64,000 nt of DNA from Octopus sinensis (GCF_006345805.1 NC_043021.1:8618001-8682000); one strand, 5' to 3'; shown: positions 12,821-26,330, counted from the first letter of the stretch. Notes: generated by a model from the letters alone, not told the origin. A program made the numbers and translations.

Positions 12821-13128
12821 TCTGTGCGTGTGTGTTTCTGTCTGTATTTCCTCTCCCACCACTGGTTGGCAACCGGTGTTGGTGTGTTGACGTCCCCGTA
12901 TCTTAGCGGTTCGGCAAAAAAGGCTCATTAAATAAGTACAAGGCTTAAAAAAGAGAGTGTGTGTGTGTGTGTGGTGTGTGTGTGTGTGTGTGTGTATCTG
13001 TGTGTGTGTTTCTGTCTGTATTTACTCTCCCACCACTGGTTGGCAACCGGTGTTGGTGTGTTGACGTCCCCGTATCTTAGCGGTTCGGCAAAAAAGGCTC
13101 ATTGAATAAGTACAAGCTTAAAAAAGTG

Positions 13129-13159
<31 letters not shown>

Positions 13160-13325
13160 TGTGTGTGTGTCTGTGTGTGTGTGTTTCTGTCTGTATTTCC
13201 TCTCCCACCACTGGTTGGCAACCGGTGTTGGTGTGTTGACGTCCCCGTATCTTAGCGGTTCGGCAAAAAAGGCTCATTGAATAAGTACAAGGCTTAAAAA
13301 AGAGTGTGTGTGTGTGTGTGTGTTG

Positions 13326-13356
<31 letters not shown>

Positions 13357-13701
13357 TCTGTGTGTGTGTGTTCTGTGTGGTGTGTTTTCTGTCTGTATTT
13401 CCTCTCCCACCACTGGTTGGCAACCGGTGTTGGTGTGTTGACGTCCCCGTATCTTAGCGGTTCGGCAAAAAAGGCTCATTGAATAAGTACAAGGCTTAAA
13501 AAAGAGTGTGTTTGTGTGTGTGTGTTTGTGTTGTGTGTGTTGTGTGTGTGTGTGTCTGTGTGTGTGTGTTTCTGTCTGTATTTCCTCTCCCACCACTGGT
13601 GGCAACCGTGTTGGTGTGTTTACGTCCCCGTATCTTGCGGTTCGGCAAAAAAGGCTCATTGAATAAGTACAAGGCTTAAAAAAGAGTGTGTGTGTGTGTG
13701 T

Positions 13702-13737
<36 letters not shown>

Positions 13738-13862
13738 TGTGTGTGTGTGTTTCTGTCTGTATTTCCTCTCCCACCACTGGTTGGCAACCGGTGTTGGTGT
13801 GTTGACGTCCCCGTATCTTAGCGGTTCGGCAAAAAAGGCTCATTGAATAAGTACAAGGCTTA

Positions 13863-13908
<46 letters not shown>

Positions 13909-14090
13909 TGTGTGTGTGTGTTTCTGTCTGTATTTCCTCTCCCACCACTGGTTGGCAACCGGTGTTGGTGTGTTTACGTCCCCGTATCTTAGCGGTTCGG
14001 CAAAAAAAAAAAGAAAAAAAAAAGGCTTATAGAATAAATACAAGGCTTAAAAAAAAAAAAGAAAAGAAAATTGAAGTCCCGGGGTACTTA
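12597..14090 (+). repeat. SINE-A whose middle/3' segment is expanded into a 7-unit tandem array
   Basis: SINE head at ~12597; the unit (TG)n + tttctgtctgtatttcctctcccaccactggttggcaacc...aagtacaaggcttaaaaaagag recurs at ~12835, 13008, 13183, 13386, 13568, 13750 and 13921. Confidence 0.93.
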
Positions 14091-14519
14091 TTCTTATCAG
14101 CCGCAATCTAATGACGGAAACAGATAAACGATAAAAGATAAGAGACATTTAAATTAAATTCCTAAATATATTTTTTTTTCCCTCCGTCACAAAATTTATT
14201 TCCGACACCATCGGAATCTCCGAAACCACCATCCAATGACATATCCGTATGCATCATGTGATCTCCGTTTCACACTGACCTGTTCGTTCGACTCCTCTGT
14301 TCGCAACTCCTACACCTCTGCGAGGCCGCTCAGGTGATTGACAAACAAAACAAAAAACACCGTAGCATTTATCTCCCCCTTACTTGTTGTTGCTTCAGGT
14401 CGTGTTATTGATGCAGCTGCTATTGTTGTCGTAATTGCTGCTGCTGTTGTTGTTTGTTTGTTGTTGTTGTTGTTGTGATTGTTGAAGAAATGAATGTATT
14501 TGGTTTTAATTACAGCTTG

Positions 14520-14642
14520 TATTATTATTATTATTATTATTTTATTATTATTATCATTATTATTATTATTATTATTATTATTTTATTATTATTATTATTA
14601 CCATTATTATTATTATCATTATTAATATCATTATTATTATTA

Positions 14643-14675
<33 letters not shown>

Positions 14676-14787
14676 CATTATTATTATTATCATTATTATT
14701 ATCATTATTATTATCGTAATTATCATTATTATTATTATTATTATTATCATTATTATCATTATTATTATTATTATTATCATTATTATT
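14520..14787. repeat. (TAT/CAT)n microsatellite
   Basis: Directly visible; flanks the family-E element. Confidence 0.95.
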
Positions 14788-15345
14788 GAGTGAGAGAGCA
14801 GTTCATGCCATCAAAGTGACACTGGGGTAAAATATACGAAGCCCAATATACCCATCATGACTACCCGTCTGATAAAGGTACACCAGGCACATGCATCACA
14901 ACCATATGTGCGCGACATGGTGATCTCATATCAAGATAAACAGCACATGACCTTGCAGGTGGGGCCCAGTTAGAATTTTCTTCAGGTTGAGTAGCCCATC
15001 CTGCTCAAACGGTCCCTGAATAAGGGTTGCTTTAGGATGTTGAACGAAACACCTATGTTTCCAGAGGTGAACCATTCAAACTCCAAAGAATCCCTCTCAA
15101 CACATGGCCATGATGCTCCCCCACTACTTCTGCTCGTGATCAGAGATGCACATATCGTCAGCCACTAAGGGACATGCTCAACTGGTTAAGGTCAAACAAC
15201 TGACAAGCAAATCTGTGGTATTGAGCAGAATATTTGCTGTAGCCCATCTTTTATACCAAGACAAAACAATGTACATGATAACACTTCCAATCAGTTAAGA
15301 TTAGAAGCCATGAGAGCCACTGCCTGGTACTGCATCAGGGCATTT
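14788..15345 (-). mobile_element. Family-E element, full length, inside an (ATT)n tract
   Basis: Reverse complement of 53015-53580; trinucleotide repeats on both sides. Confidence 0.85.
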
Positions 15346-15519
15346 ATTATTATTATTATTATTATTATTATCATTATTATTATTATTATTATTATCATTA
15401 TTATCATTATTATTATCATCATTATTATCATCATTATTATTATCATTATTATTATTATCATTATCATTATTATCATTATTATTATCATTATTATTATCAT
15501 TATTATCATAATTATTATT

Positions 15520-15592
<73 letters not shown>

Positions 15593-15595
15593 GTT
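15346..15595. repeat. (TAT/CAT)n microsatellite
   Basis: Directly visible; source of the poly-I ORF. Confidence 0.95.
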
Positions 15596-15894
15596 GTAGT
15601 AGTAGTAAAACTAGCAATTGTTGTTGCTGATGTGGAGGAGGTGAACGGATTGTTTTTTGTTTTTGTTGTTGCTGTTGTTTAGCCCAAGGTCAAAGGTAAG
15701 CTAACCGTGGCTTTCCCATCTTTTTTTAGTTCCTTCTTTCAGATGTCTAAAACCGTAATTATCCAACGTCCTTCTATATTACACGGACACTTGGCTGCTA
15801 TTTCTACCAGTTCGAACGATCAGACATAAACGCCTTCGTTGGTGTTGTTATTGCCACTGTTGTTGTCGTCGTCGTTATCACTTTGCTGCACAAA

Positions 15895-16020
15895 CTGTAG
15901 TAATAGTAGTAGTAGTGGTGGTGGTAGTGGTGGCAGTAGTAGTAGAAGTCGTAGTAGCAGCAGTAAAAGTAGCTACTACTACTACTACAACAACAACAAC
16001 TACTACTACTACTGCTGCTG

Positions 16021-16059
<39 letters not shown>

Positions 16060-16214
16060 TACTACTACAGCTGCTTCTACAACAACAACAACAACAACTA
16101 ACTACTACTACTACTACTACTACAGCTGCTGCCGCCATAAGTACTGCTACTACTGTTGCTACTACTGTTGCTACTACTACTATTACTACTACAGTTGCTT
16201 CTAGAACAACAACA

Positions 16215-16246
<32 letters not shown>

Positions 16247-16265
16247 AGATGTTGCTACTACAACC

Positions 16266-16299
<34 letters not shown>

Positions 16300-16452
16300 A
16301 CTACCACTACTACTACTACTGCTGCTGCTGCTTCTACAACAATAACAACAACTACTACTACTACTACTACTACTGCTGCTGCTGTTGCTTCTACAACAAT
16401 AACAACAACTACTACTACTTACTACTTCCTGCTGCCGCTGCTGCCGCTGCTG
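15895..16452. repeat. Compound (CTA/CAA/CTG)n trinucleotide region
   Basis: Directly visible. Confidence 0.9.
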
Positions 16453-17190
16453 TCCCTCTGTTGCAGTGAATGATCCATATTTCGTAATGTGGTGCAGTGG
16501 CGGCGAAGTTGCTAGCAATGTTACGATCGAGCACCGCACTAGATAACTTATACTTAGCCAAGTCTCCTTCAACTGTCCTTAATTCGAATACGGATGGCGA
16601 AGATTCTTCTGACCCCTTCCAGAGTCGTTTAGGACAAGCAACCAACTGATGTCATTTGTCCTTTGGTCAGCTCCGATAGAATAGAGTCACGATAAAAGAC
16701 ATTCCAAACATGACCACCCAGTAGAGTAACTGAGGTGGGCTGATGAGGGCTGCACTTTAGGAGTTTAGTGTCTAAAGTCTATATGGGTTGCTCCAGGTGG
16801 GGTCGGGTTGCAACCTCGAGGGCTGCCTCGATTGGGGCACATTTTACTGTATATTTCCCAGGTACAATGCACTCAATACCACAATTTACAAAATGTACTT
16901 CTTTTCCAGGAAGACTGTTAGTATGTGGCTGCTATTTCTAGCACAATCAGATACCTGTTGAATTGTCAGCTCTTTTTCCTTGATTAGTTTTGATAGTGTA
17001 CAGCAGACAACGACCTATGAATAAAGATGTTTTCCTGCCATGACCATCCCATCTTACAAAAGTGAAATCCTCCACATGGGTCAATTGATCTCTTTTAAAT
17101 TAACGGTTACTCATCACGTGATACCCTTTGCCTCTATGTATACCAGTAATATTCGGAAGAGAAAAAAATTGAGTGGAAATTTTAGAGGAA

Positions 17191-17550
17191 TAGACGTAGG
17201 AGTGGCTGTGTAGTAAGTAGCTTGCTTACGAACCACATGGTTCCGGGTTCATTCCACTGCGTGGCACCTTGGGCAAGTGTCTTCTACTATGGCCTCTGGC
17301 CGACCAAAGCTTTGTGAGTGGATTTGGTAGACGGAAACTGAAAGAAGCTCGTGGTATATATATCGCTTGACAACCGATGCTGGTGTGTTTACGTCCCCGT
17401 AACTTAGCGCTTCGGCAAAAGAAAAACCGATAGAATAAGTACTAGGTTTACAAAGAATAAGTCCTGGGGGTCGATTTGCTCGACCATAAAGGCGGTGCTC
17501 CAGCATGGCCACACTCACATGACCGAAACAAGTAAAAGAGTAAAAGAGTC
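17191..17550 (+). mobile_element. SINE-A with a shortened centre
   Basis: Head gtaggagtggctgtgtagtaag; tail aaacaagtaaaagagtaaaagag. Confidence 0.88.
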
Positions 17551-18514
17551 AAAGAGGAAAGAAATGAGTAGATTTCAGGTAGAATCGGTTGTCGTTGTTG
17601 TCGTTGTTGTTGTTGTTGTTGCTGCTGATATTGCTGCTGCGGATTCTTGTGGCTGTTGTAAATGTAATATTTCTTGTGCTGCTGCTATCGCTGCTGATGC
17701 TGCTATTGTTATTCTTGCTGCTGTTGTTGCTGCTGCTGGTGTCATTGTTTTTATTGTTCTTATCCTTGTTGTTGTTGTTGTTGTCGATGCTGTTGGCGAT
17801 GATGCCACTGGTGATGTGTAGTCTCAAATCTACTCCGATCCAGCAGACCCACGATCAAAACTGTTCCAGCCGTGACCAACTATCCTGTCTCTTTTTAAGG
17901 CTATTTTAGAGTCATATTATCCCGTGTTTTTTCCCTAATCTATAGCAGAAATGTATAATTTCAGGAAGATTTGACTGTTATGTCTAACACACCGAGCTCT
18001 TGCATGCAGGAGTTCTCCCTCTCCTGAGATAAGTTTAATGATTACAAAACGTGTCACTAAAGGAGACTTCAGTTTAGTTAAAACGTTCAAATCCTACTAC
18101 AGACAATTTCGACCTTGTTCTCTCCAAGAATAAGGTACCAGTAATACACTTGGGCGCCGTTCTATCAGCTATACGTTCCACCTCTCCTTCACAAAAAGTC
18201 ACCTTGTACTCTTAAAGGAAATCGATAACAGATTTATAAAACCTATATTGAGAAATGTATTGAGAATTTTGTGCGGAGACAAGAATAAATATTTATCTCA
18301 AATCCTGGATAGATGGGGGACAAATAAAGGGGTCAGAAATGTGAATCGATGAGTGATTGATATATGAACCCCCCAAGGGGTGAGAGGAACGTGTTGTGTA
18401 GTCTTGATGCCTTTCCCGCGAACGTTGAACAAAACAATTAGCAGCAGAAACGGTTGGTGTGTTTACAACCTTCGCTACATCGTTCGTCCTTACATCATAC
18501 TGAGAACAAAATAT

Positions 18515-18755
18515 TTATTTCATTTGACTGCGGCCATGCTGGAGTACCACATTTTAGTCGAACAAATCGACCCCAGGACTTATTCTTTGTAAGCCTAGTA
18601 CTTATTCTGTCGGTCACTTCTACCGAACCGCTAAGTTACGGGTACGTAAACACACCAGCATCGGTTGACAAGCGATGTTGAGGGGACAAACACAGACACA
18701 CAAACACACACACACACATATATATATATAATCATATATACGACGGGCTTATTTC
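18515..18755 (-). mobile_element. SINE-A 3' half
   Basis: catttgactgcggccatgctgg ... cgacgggctt. Confidence 0.85.
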
Positions 18756-18764
18756 ATGCGTTGG

Positions 18765-19640
18765 GATGGCTGCATGGCTAAGAAGTTCGCTTTGCAGTCA
18801 CGAAATATCGGGTTCAATCCCAGTGCATGGCACCTTAGCCAAATGTCTTCTATTATAGCCCCGGGCTACCAATGCCTTGTGGGTGAATTTGGTAGACTAA
18901 AATTGGATGGAATCCCACAGTGTGTGTGTGTGTGTGTATGCATGTATGTATGTATGTACGTATGCATGTATGTATGTATGTATGTATGTATGCATGCATG
19001 CATGCATGTATGTATGTATGCATGTACGTATGTATGTATGTATATATGTATGTACGTACGTACGTACGTACGTACGTATGTATGTATGTATGTATGTATG
19101 TATGTATGTATGCATGTATGTATGTATGTATGCATGCATGCATGTACGTATGTATGTACGTACGTATGTACGTATGCATGTACGTATGCATGCATGCATG
19201 TATGTATGTATGCATGCATGCATGTACGTATGTATGTACGTACGTATGTACGTATGCATGTACGTATGCATGCATGCATGTATATATGTATGCATGCATG
19301 CATTTATGTATGATTGTATTCATGTATATATGTATGTATGCATGTATGTATGTATGTTTATAAGTATACATGTATGGATGGATGTGTGTATGTACACACA
19401 CACATACACACATACACACACACATACACACACATACACACACACATATGTGGGTGGATGAGTGTTGGGGGATGTATTGCCTTACGTTCCCGTAACTTAG
19501 CAGTTCAGTAAAAGAGACGGATAAATTAAGTACAAAACTTCTTTAAAAAAATAAGCACTAGGATCGTTTCATTCGACAGAAACCCTTCAATGCGGCGCCC
19601 CAGGACGGCCGCAGTCTAACGACTGAATCTAGAAAATGTC
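18765..19640 (+). mobile_element. Older SINE-A with its central microsatellite expanded to ~550 bp of (TATG/CATG/TACG)n and CA/TG
   Basis: 5' half at ~18765-18918 and 3' half at ~19480-19640 flank the tetranucleotide tract. Confidence 0.75.
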
Positions 19641-19964
19641 AATAGATAAACGGAAACAAAGACGAAATAAAAATACACGCGCAGATAAAAGATATAGTGC
19701 TATAAATAGACTAAATTATTTGATCATTCAGGAACAGAAGAATCCATCGTCGGATTATTAGAGGAGAGTGAGAGAGGACTTGCAACTCTTTCTTGTCTGT
19801 AACTGTGAATAGTAGATGTAACATGTTGGTGTGACTTCTAACTGCAGCCCGTAACTGTGACTTAGAGAAATTTGATTTTTCTAATTGCGACTCGTAACTC
19901 TACTTAGCAGCAATAACTTGTAACTGTGATTTGCAGAGCCGTGACTCCCAACGTTAACGCTGTC

Positions 19965-20365
19965 TAGGCGCAGGAGTGGCTGTGTGGTAAGTAGCTTGCC
20001 TACCAACCACACATGGTTCTGGGTTCAGTCCCACTGCGTGGCATCTTGGGCAAGTGTCTTCTGCCATAGCCTCGGGCCGACCAATGCCTTGTGAGTGGAT
20101 TTGGTAGACGGAAACTGAAAGAAGCCTGTCGTATATATGTATATATATGTATGTATGTGTGTGTGTGTGTGTTTGTCCTCCTAGCATTGCTTGACAACCG
20201 ATGCTGGTGTGTTTACGTCCTCGTCACTTAGCGGTTCGGCAAAACAGACCGATAGAATAAGTACTGGGCTTACAAAGAATAAGTCCTGGGGTCGAGTTGC
20301 TCGATTAAAGGCAGTGCTCCAGCATGGCCGCAGTCAAATGACTGAAACAAGTAAAAGAGTAAAAA
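19965..20365 (+). mobile_element. SINE-A, full length
   Basis: Matches 6511-6920 closely. Confidence 0.92.
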
Positions 20366-20405
20366 AGTACACTTCGTATATATATATATATATATATATT
20401 ACATA

Positions 20406-20763
20406 TACTCTCTTTTTACTCTTTTACTTGTTTCAGTCATTTGACTGCGGCCGTGCTAGTGCACCGCCTTTAGTCGAACAAATCGACCCCCAGGATTTAT
20501 TCTTTGTAAGCCTAGTACTTATTCTATCGTTCTCTTTGCCGAACCGCTAAGTTACGGGGACACACACACACGCACACACATATACATATACATATATACG
20601 ACGGTCTTCTTTCAGTTTCCGTCTACCAAATCCACTCACAAGGCTTTGGTCGGCCCGAGGCTATAGTAGAAGACACTTGCCCAAGGTGTCACGCAGTGGG
20701 ACTGGACCCGGAACCATGTGGTTCGTAAACAAGCTACTTACCACACTGTCACTCCTGCGCCTA
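20406..20763 (-). mobile_element. SINE-A, inverted tail-to-tail with the previous copy
   Basis: Separated from 19965-20365 by ~40 bp that are mostly (TA)n. Confidence 0.92.
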
Positions 20764-20802
20764 TATTACTATATTACATATATATATATATATATAATAT
20801 AT

Positions 20803-20853
<51 letters not shown>

Positions 20854-21116
20854 TAGTGTGTTTCCCTTTAGTGCTGTATACCCAGTGATATGTAGGCAAA
20901 TCAAAAATAGATTAAAACAGGAAAACAACAAAAGATAATTGGATATAGACAGTAAATATGTTAGATTGAGGGTCAGTGAAAGTTATAGAAGGAAGAATAA
21001 GAGAAATACCGTTTTGAGCATGGCTCTTTGTCGGAAAGTGGGAGATGCCCCCCCCCCCAAAAAAAATGATGGATAGTCTGGAGAGAGGCATGTGTGTTGT
21101 TACATGGCTGAAAAAC

Positions 21117-21162
<46 letters not shown>

Positions 21163-21179
21163 ATATATATACATAAATA

Positions 21180-21435
21180 GTGGAGGCGCGTGGCTTAGTG
21201 GTTAGTGTGTTGGCGTCATGACCATAAGATTGTGGTTTCGATTCCTGGACCGGGCGACGCGTTGTGTTCTTGAGCAAAACACTTCATTTCACGTTACTCC
21301 AGTCCACTCAGCTGCCAAAAGTGAGTAACGCTGCGATGGACTGGCGTCCCGTCCAGCTGGGGGGGAACACATACGCCATTGAAACCGGGAAACCGGGCCC
21401 ATGAGCCTGGCTAGGCTTTAGAAGGGCGCATTTAT
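21180..21435 (+). mobile_element. SINE-D (tRNA head, CORE-like body, tail shared with SINE-C)
   Basis: gtggaggcgcgtggcttagtggttag ... gtttcgattcc ... ttgagcaaaacacttcatttcac; tail aaaccgggcccatgagcctggctaggctt also seen in SINE-C copies. Confidence 0.8.
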
Positions 21436-21929
21436 TTTTTAATTTTATATACATAAATGTAATTGAAGGAAGATTAACAATTAGCTCTAGTTATCATATC
21501 ATTGCATGAATAAATACGGTTTAATCCTTGTGTATATATCTATATATATATATATATATAATTATATATTATATATAATATATATATATGTATATATATT
21601 AGAGGCAAAATAGTATGAACGAAAATTCTCTTTAGATGTTTCTTTTTTTGGGGGTGGGGGGCGGGGTTCAGTCTTAGGGCTTTGGCCCCATTAGGGCACA
21701 AGTTTATGTGTTAGCTAATTATATTGACCCCTAGTTAATATAAAAACCATGATGCAGATTCGGGATCTCCCGGAGATTATTTGCTTCTTCATCTCCAACA
21801 CTACCTCTTCCCCATCACCAGCTTCCTCTCTTGATTTCGTATACAGCACCAAATATCGGATATTTACCTGGAAGTTAGAGTTCGATTCAACTATGAAGTA
21901 CACACACACACACACACACCACACACACG

Positions 21930-22042
21930 CATGTAGTAAGAAGCTTGCTTCAAAATCACATGGTTTCGGGTTCAGTCCCACTGCGTGGCACTTTGGTCAA
22001 GTGTCTTCTACTATAGCCTTGGGCCGAACAAAGTTGATAATA

Positions 22043-22092
<50 letters not shown>

Positions 22093-22860
22093 TATCATAG
22101 TAATATTTATTCTCCGATTTGAAGAGACAATTTTTAAATATAAACAAATGACCGAAAAATAATGACCTAACCCCAGGCAGAATCGTACCCACAAATCAAC
22201 GCTTACATGCCTCCATTCAGGTTTGTTTATAAATATATGCATATACATACATACACACACACCACACACACACACACACATATGTTTTATATGTAAAAAG
22301 TACAAAATGGGACAAGAACGCAAAACATCCAGACAGTTTGGTAATACAAAAAAGGGACAACAAAACATCCAGATATGTATTTATGTGCGTGTCTTTGTGG
22401 TTTATACTTGTCCTCCACCACAACCATCGCTTGGCAACCAATGTTGATGTGTTTACGTCCCCGTAACTTAGCGGTTTGACAAAAGACACCGATACAATGA
22501 GTGCTAGGCTTACAAAGAATAAGTCCTGGGGTCGATTTTCTCGACTAAAAAAAACCCTTAAAGGTGGTGCTTCAGTATGGCCGCTGGCAAAATGACTGAA
22601 ACATGTAAAAGAATTAAAAAATGCATATAAATATAGGTATACTATAGGTTTACTTGTCCCAGTCATTAGGCTGCGCCCATGCTGGGGCACCGACTGGGAA
22701 AGTTTTAGTCGAATGAATCAACTCAAGTTCTTTTTTTTTAAAGTCTGGTAATTATTCTATCGGCCTCTTTTGTCGAACAACTAAGTTACGGGGACATAAA
22801 CACACCAACACCGGTAGTCATGCAGGGGTAGGAGGACAATCACAGACATAGACACACGCA
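21930..22860. mobile_element. Cluster of partial SINE-A copies (+ 21930-22030, + 22385-22620, - 22648-22860)
   Basis: Recognisable SINE-A segments in both orientations. Confidence 0.75.
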
Positions 22861-22867
22861 TGCGCGC

Positions 22868-22919
<52 letters not shown>

Positions 22920-22931
22920 CTTTCTCTCTCA

Positions 22932-22963
<32 letters not shown>

Positions 22964-22992
22964 CCTCCATCCCTCCATCCATCTATCTATCT

Positions 22993-23038
<46 letters not shown>

Positions 23039-23077
23039 CGCTTTCTCTGTCCGTATATATCTGTGTAGGTGTATATA

Positions 23078-23108
<31 letters not shown>

Positions 23109-23241
23109 CATACAAGATTAATCAGCCGAAATTGCTAGGATGATCCGGTTCTTGACTGAAGATTGAAGGCTTCGAATGTCCCGTCCGCGTTTTTTGTATC
23201 GTCTTCTAAATGTTTTACGTTCTAATCCCAGTTTGTATTTT

Positions 23242-23311
<70 letters not shown>

Positions 23312-24055
23312 TGTCTGTCTGTGTATTTGCACATACACTTGGGCGCAGGCAGAGGCACATTGTTCGGATGTTTGGGATTTCATATCTCACTTTTTTCATA
23401 CGTTTTCATTCAACATCACTGAGTTTTCCTCTATATGAGTGTGCATAGGGCTACATGTGTGTGTGTGTGTGTGCGTGTGTGTTTGTGTATGTGTGTGGGT
23501 ATGTCTTCTGTGTCTGTGCGCCTGTTTCTTATAAAACCGCCATGTTAAATCACCATGCATTCGCTTTCCTTATCCACATTCAGCACACACACACACACAC
23601 ACTAGCACACTTTTATGTGTGCCCGCCTGTTTGTATGCATATGTATACACAACATACGTATTTACGTACATACATACATACACACATACACGCATACATA
23701 CATATACACGCACGCACACACACATATATATGTATGTATGTATGCATGTATGAATGTATATATATATATATATATTATATATATATATATATATACACGT
23801 ATATATTTGACAGGAACTTACTAGTGAAACGGTTATATGGCCTCTTCAAAAAAAAAATATATAAATTTTACATTCGTACTCTTTACTGAGCATTAAAAAT
23901 TGAAAGATCGCTACTTAGTCTTTACCTCCCATTAACGAAGAACATGATCTTATATGCATACATACATACATACATACATACATACATACATACATGCATG
24001 CATACAGGCTAGTATATATATATATATATATATACGCACATATATGCAACCATTC

Positions 24056-24405
24056 AGGCGCAGGGGTGGTTTCGGTTTCAGTCCCACTGCGTGGCACCAT
24101 GCGCAACTGTCTTTTACCGTAGCCTCGGGCTGACCAAAGCCTTGTGAGTGGATTTGGTAGACGGAAACTGAAAGAAGCCCGTCGTATATATATATATATA
24201 TATATAATATATATATATACACATACATATATGTGTGTGTTTGTTCCCCCATTATTGCTTGATAACCGATGTTGTTGCGTTTACGTGTCCGTAACTTAGC
24301 CGTTCGACAAAAGAGACCGATAGAATACGTCCTGGCATCGATTTGTTTGACTAAATGCGGTGCTCCACCATGGCCGCAGTCAAATGACTGAAACAAGTAA
24401 AAGAA
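24056..24405 (+). mobile_element. SINE-A with small deletions
   Basis: aggcgcagg ... cagtcaaatgactgaaacaagtaaaaga. Confidence 0.85.
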
Positions 24406-24714
24406 TATATATATGTATATACATGCGTACATATTTATATATACACACGCGCGCACGCACACAAGCACAAACACACATACATATACACACGCACGTATTC
24501 AACTAAACAAATTGTGGACCCGAAATTGATAATTAATGTCATATACGCAAATCCTTGCTGGCAATAATACACACATATATGTTAATGATGTATACAATAA
24601 TATATTTATGACATATACACTATTAATAACGTATATATACATCGAGTATACAAAGCATTTAGTGCAGAACACCGTCTTTGTAACCGGATCACCTACAACA
24701 AGCTTCATCTCGCT

Positions 24715-25150
24715 GCATCATCATCAACATCATCATCATCATTCTCATAAAAATTTTCCAGTCCACTTTCTTTGTCTTCTCCTCTTCCTTCTCCTCTTCC
24801 CCTTCCTCTCCTTCCTCTTTTTTCTCTTCTTCCTTTTCTTCCTCCTCTTCCTACCCCTCCTCACCACCACCACCACCACCACCACCACCACCACCACCAC
24901 CACCACCATCATCATCATTATCATCAACAGCACCTATCGTCATCAACATCATTACAACCATCATCACCCTCAGAACAGCCATCATCATCACCATCAACAT
25001 CAACATCATTATTACAATCAACATGACCATCCAAAGTCACTGTCGACATACTTCCATCCATCAGCACTACGATCAGCATCCACTTCCTCTTCCTCCTCTT
25101 CCTCCTCGTCCCCACCACCACCACCATCACCATCACCATCACCATGTCCA
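24715..25150. repeat. (CAT/CCT/CAC)n low-complexity tract
   Basis: Directly visible. Confidence 0.85.
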
Positions 25151-26330
25151 ATTCAGCGATGTGAAGCTATTCCGACATACACACACACACAGATCCAACG
25201 TCACGTCTGTCCATATATAGCAGTCGCACCACATCAACAGTAAGCGATGGCGTCAGCAGGAGTAGCAGCAGCAGGTGTGTGTGTGTGTCTAATAAGCATC
25301 AGCAGTAATTCCAGCAACAGAAAACACTGCACCACACTCCAGCAAAAAAAAAAAAAAAAAAAAAAAACAAAACAAGAAGAAAAAAAAACAAAAACAAAAC
25401 GGCCCCATATCTTTCACCTCCCCCCACAGCGCTAATCCTTTACGACACTATACTACTCCAAAAAGAAGAAAAAAAATTAAAGGAAAACAAAGCAGAACCA
25501 CCACACAACACCAGACCAGCCAACACCACCTTTGCCTACCTAATTACCAGCAACGCTACACCCCTGGTACTCCACACTGCTCCACATTGTACCTCACCCC
25601 ATCACACTACATCCAGACACCTTTCTAAATCACACGGTATCATTAAACGCTCTGCCCGCGCCCCCAACACACCACGACGTACAACAATACAACACTCACA
25701 CTACAAACACACTACAGCCACACTACAACCACGCCACACCAAACCGCACTATACTCGCACTACAACCGTATTATTCATACCACACTTCAGCTGCACTGCA
25801 CTCTATAAATCACACTACGCTGCTCTGCACTGCACTGCATTACACGACACAACATCACATCGAAATCACGTTACGGCACACTACGACACCTATTACATCG
25901 CATCCCATTCGCATTACTTTACCGTACGCCCACCATCACTACCACCACCACCACCACTACAACAACAACAACATCAACAACACATCGCATTACATTTCGC
26001 TACAATTAGACTCACTGCATCGTAATTGAAACGCACTTCGCTATGGTACTCTATACCTCCCATCACCACTCCATCCAATACTCCTCTACTCCACTTCCAC
26101 AGCGCAACACAACTCTACACACCGTCAAACCGAATTACAGCACCACAAAAAAAAACACGCTGATGTACACACATCGCAGTACCCCTCACAGCACGACACT
26201 GCACCCCAAATTATACCGTGCCTCACTGTGCTTTCATTTACACCAAACAACATCGCACAGCTGCACACCATGCAACTCGAAACCATACCTTATTACCACT
26301 ACACTAAAATGTATCAAGCTCCATACACAG

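Noticed and set aside
12830-14030. Repeat-spacer pattern resembling a CRISPR array
   Set aside because: Repeats are ~115-bp SINE pieces, the spacers are (TG)n, the context is eukaryotic and there are no cas genes.
15291-15630. Poly-I / poly-M ORFs
   Set aside because: (ATT/ATC)n microsatellite.
16415-16645. Minus-strand ORF with a faint cadherin-like look (FELR...YKL...LDR)
   Set aside because: Lacks DRE/DxND motifs, runs into a trinucleotide repeat, and overlaps a degenerate repeat motif (gga.a.ttggct...tctag) seen elsewhere in the window.
23145-23185. Another hammerhead (CTGAAGA...GAATGTC)
   Set aside because: GAAA core and stem I are not intact; too degenerate to call.
24536-25243. Longest ORF (235 aa)
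   Set aside because: Composed of low-complexity trinucleotide runs with no domain signal.
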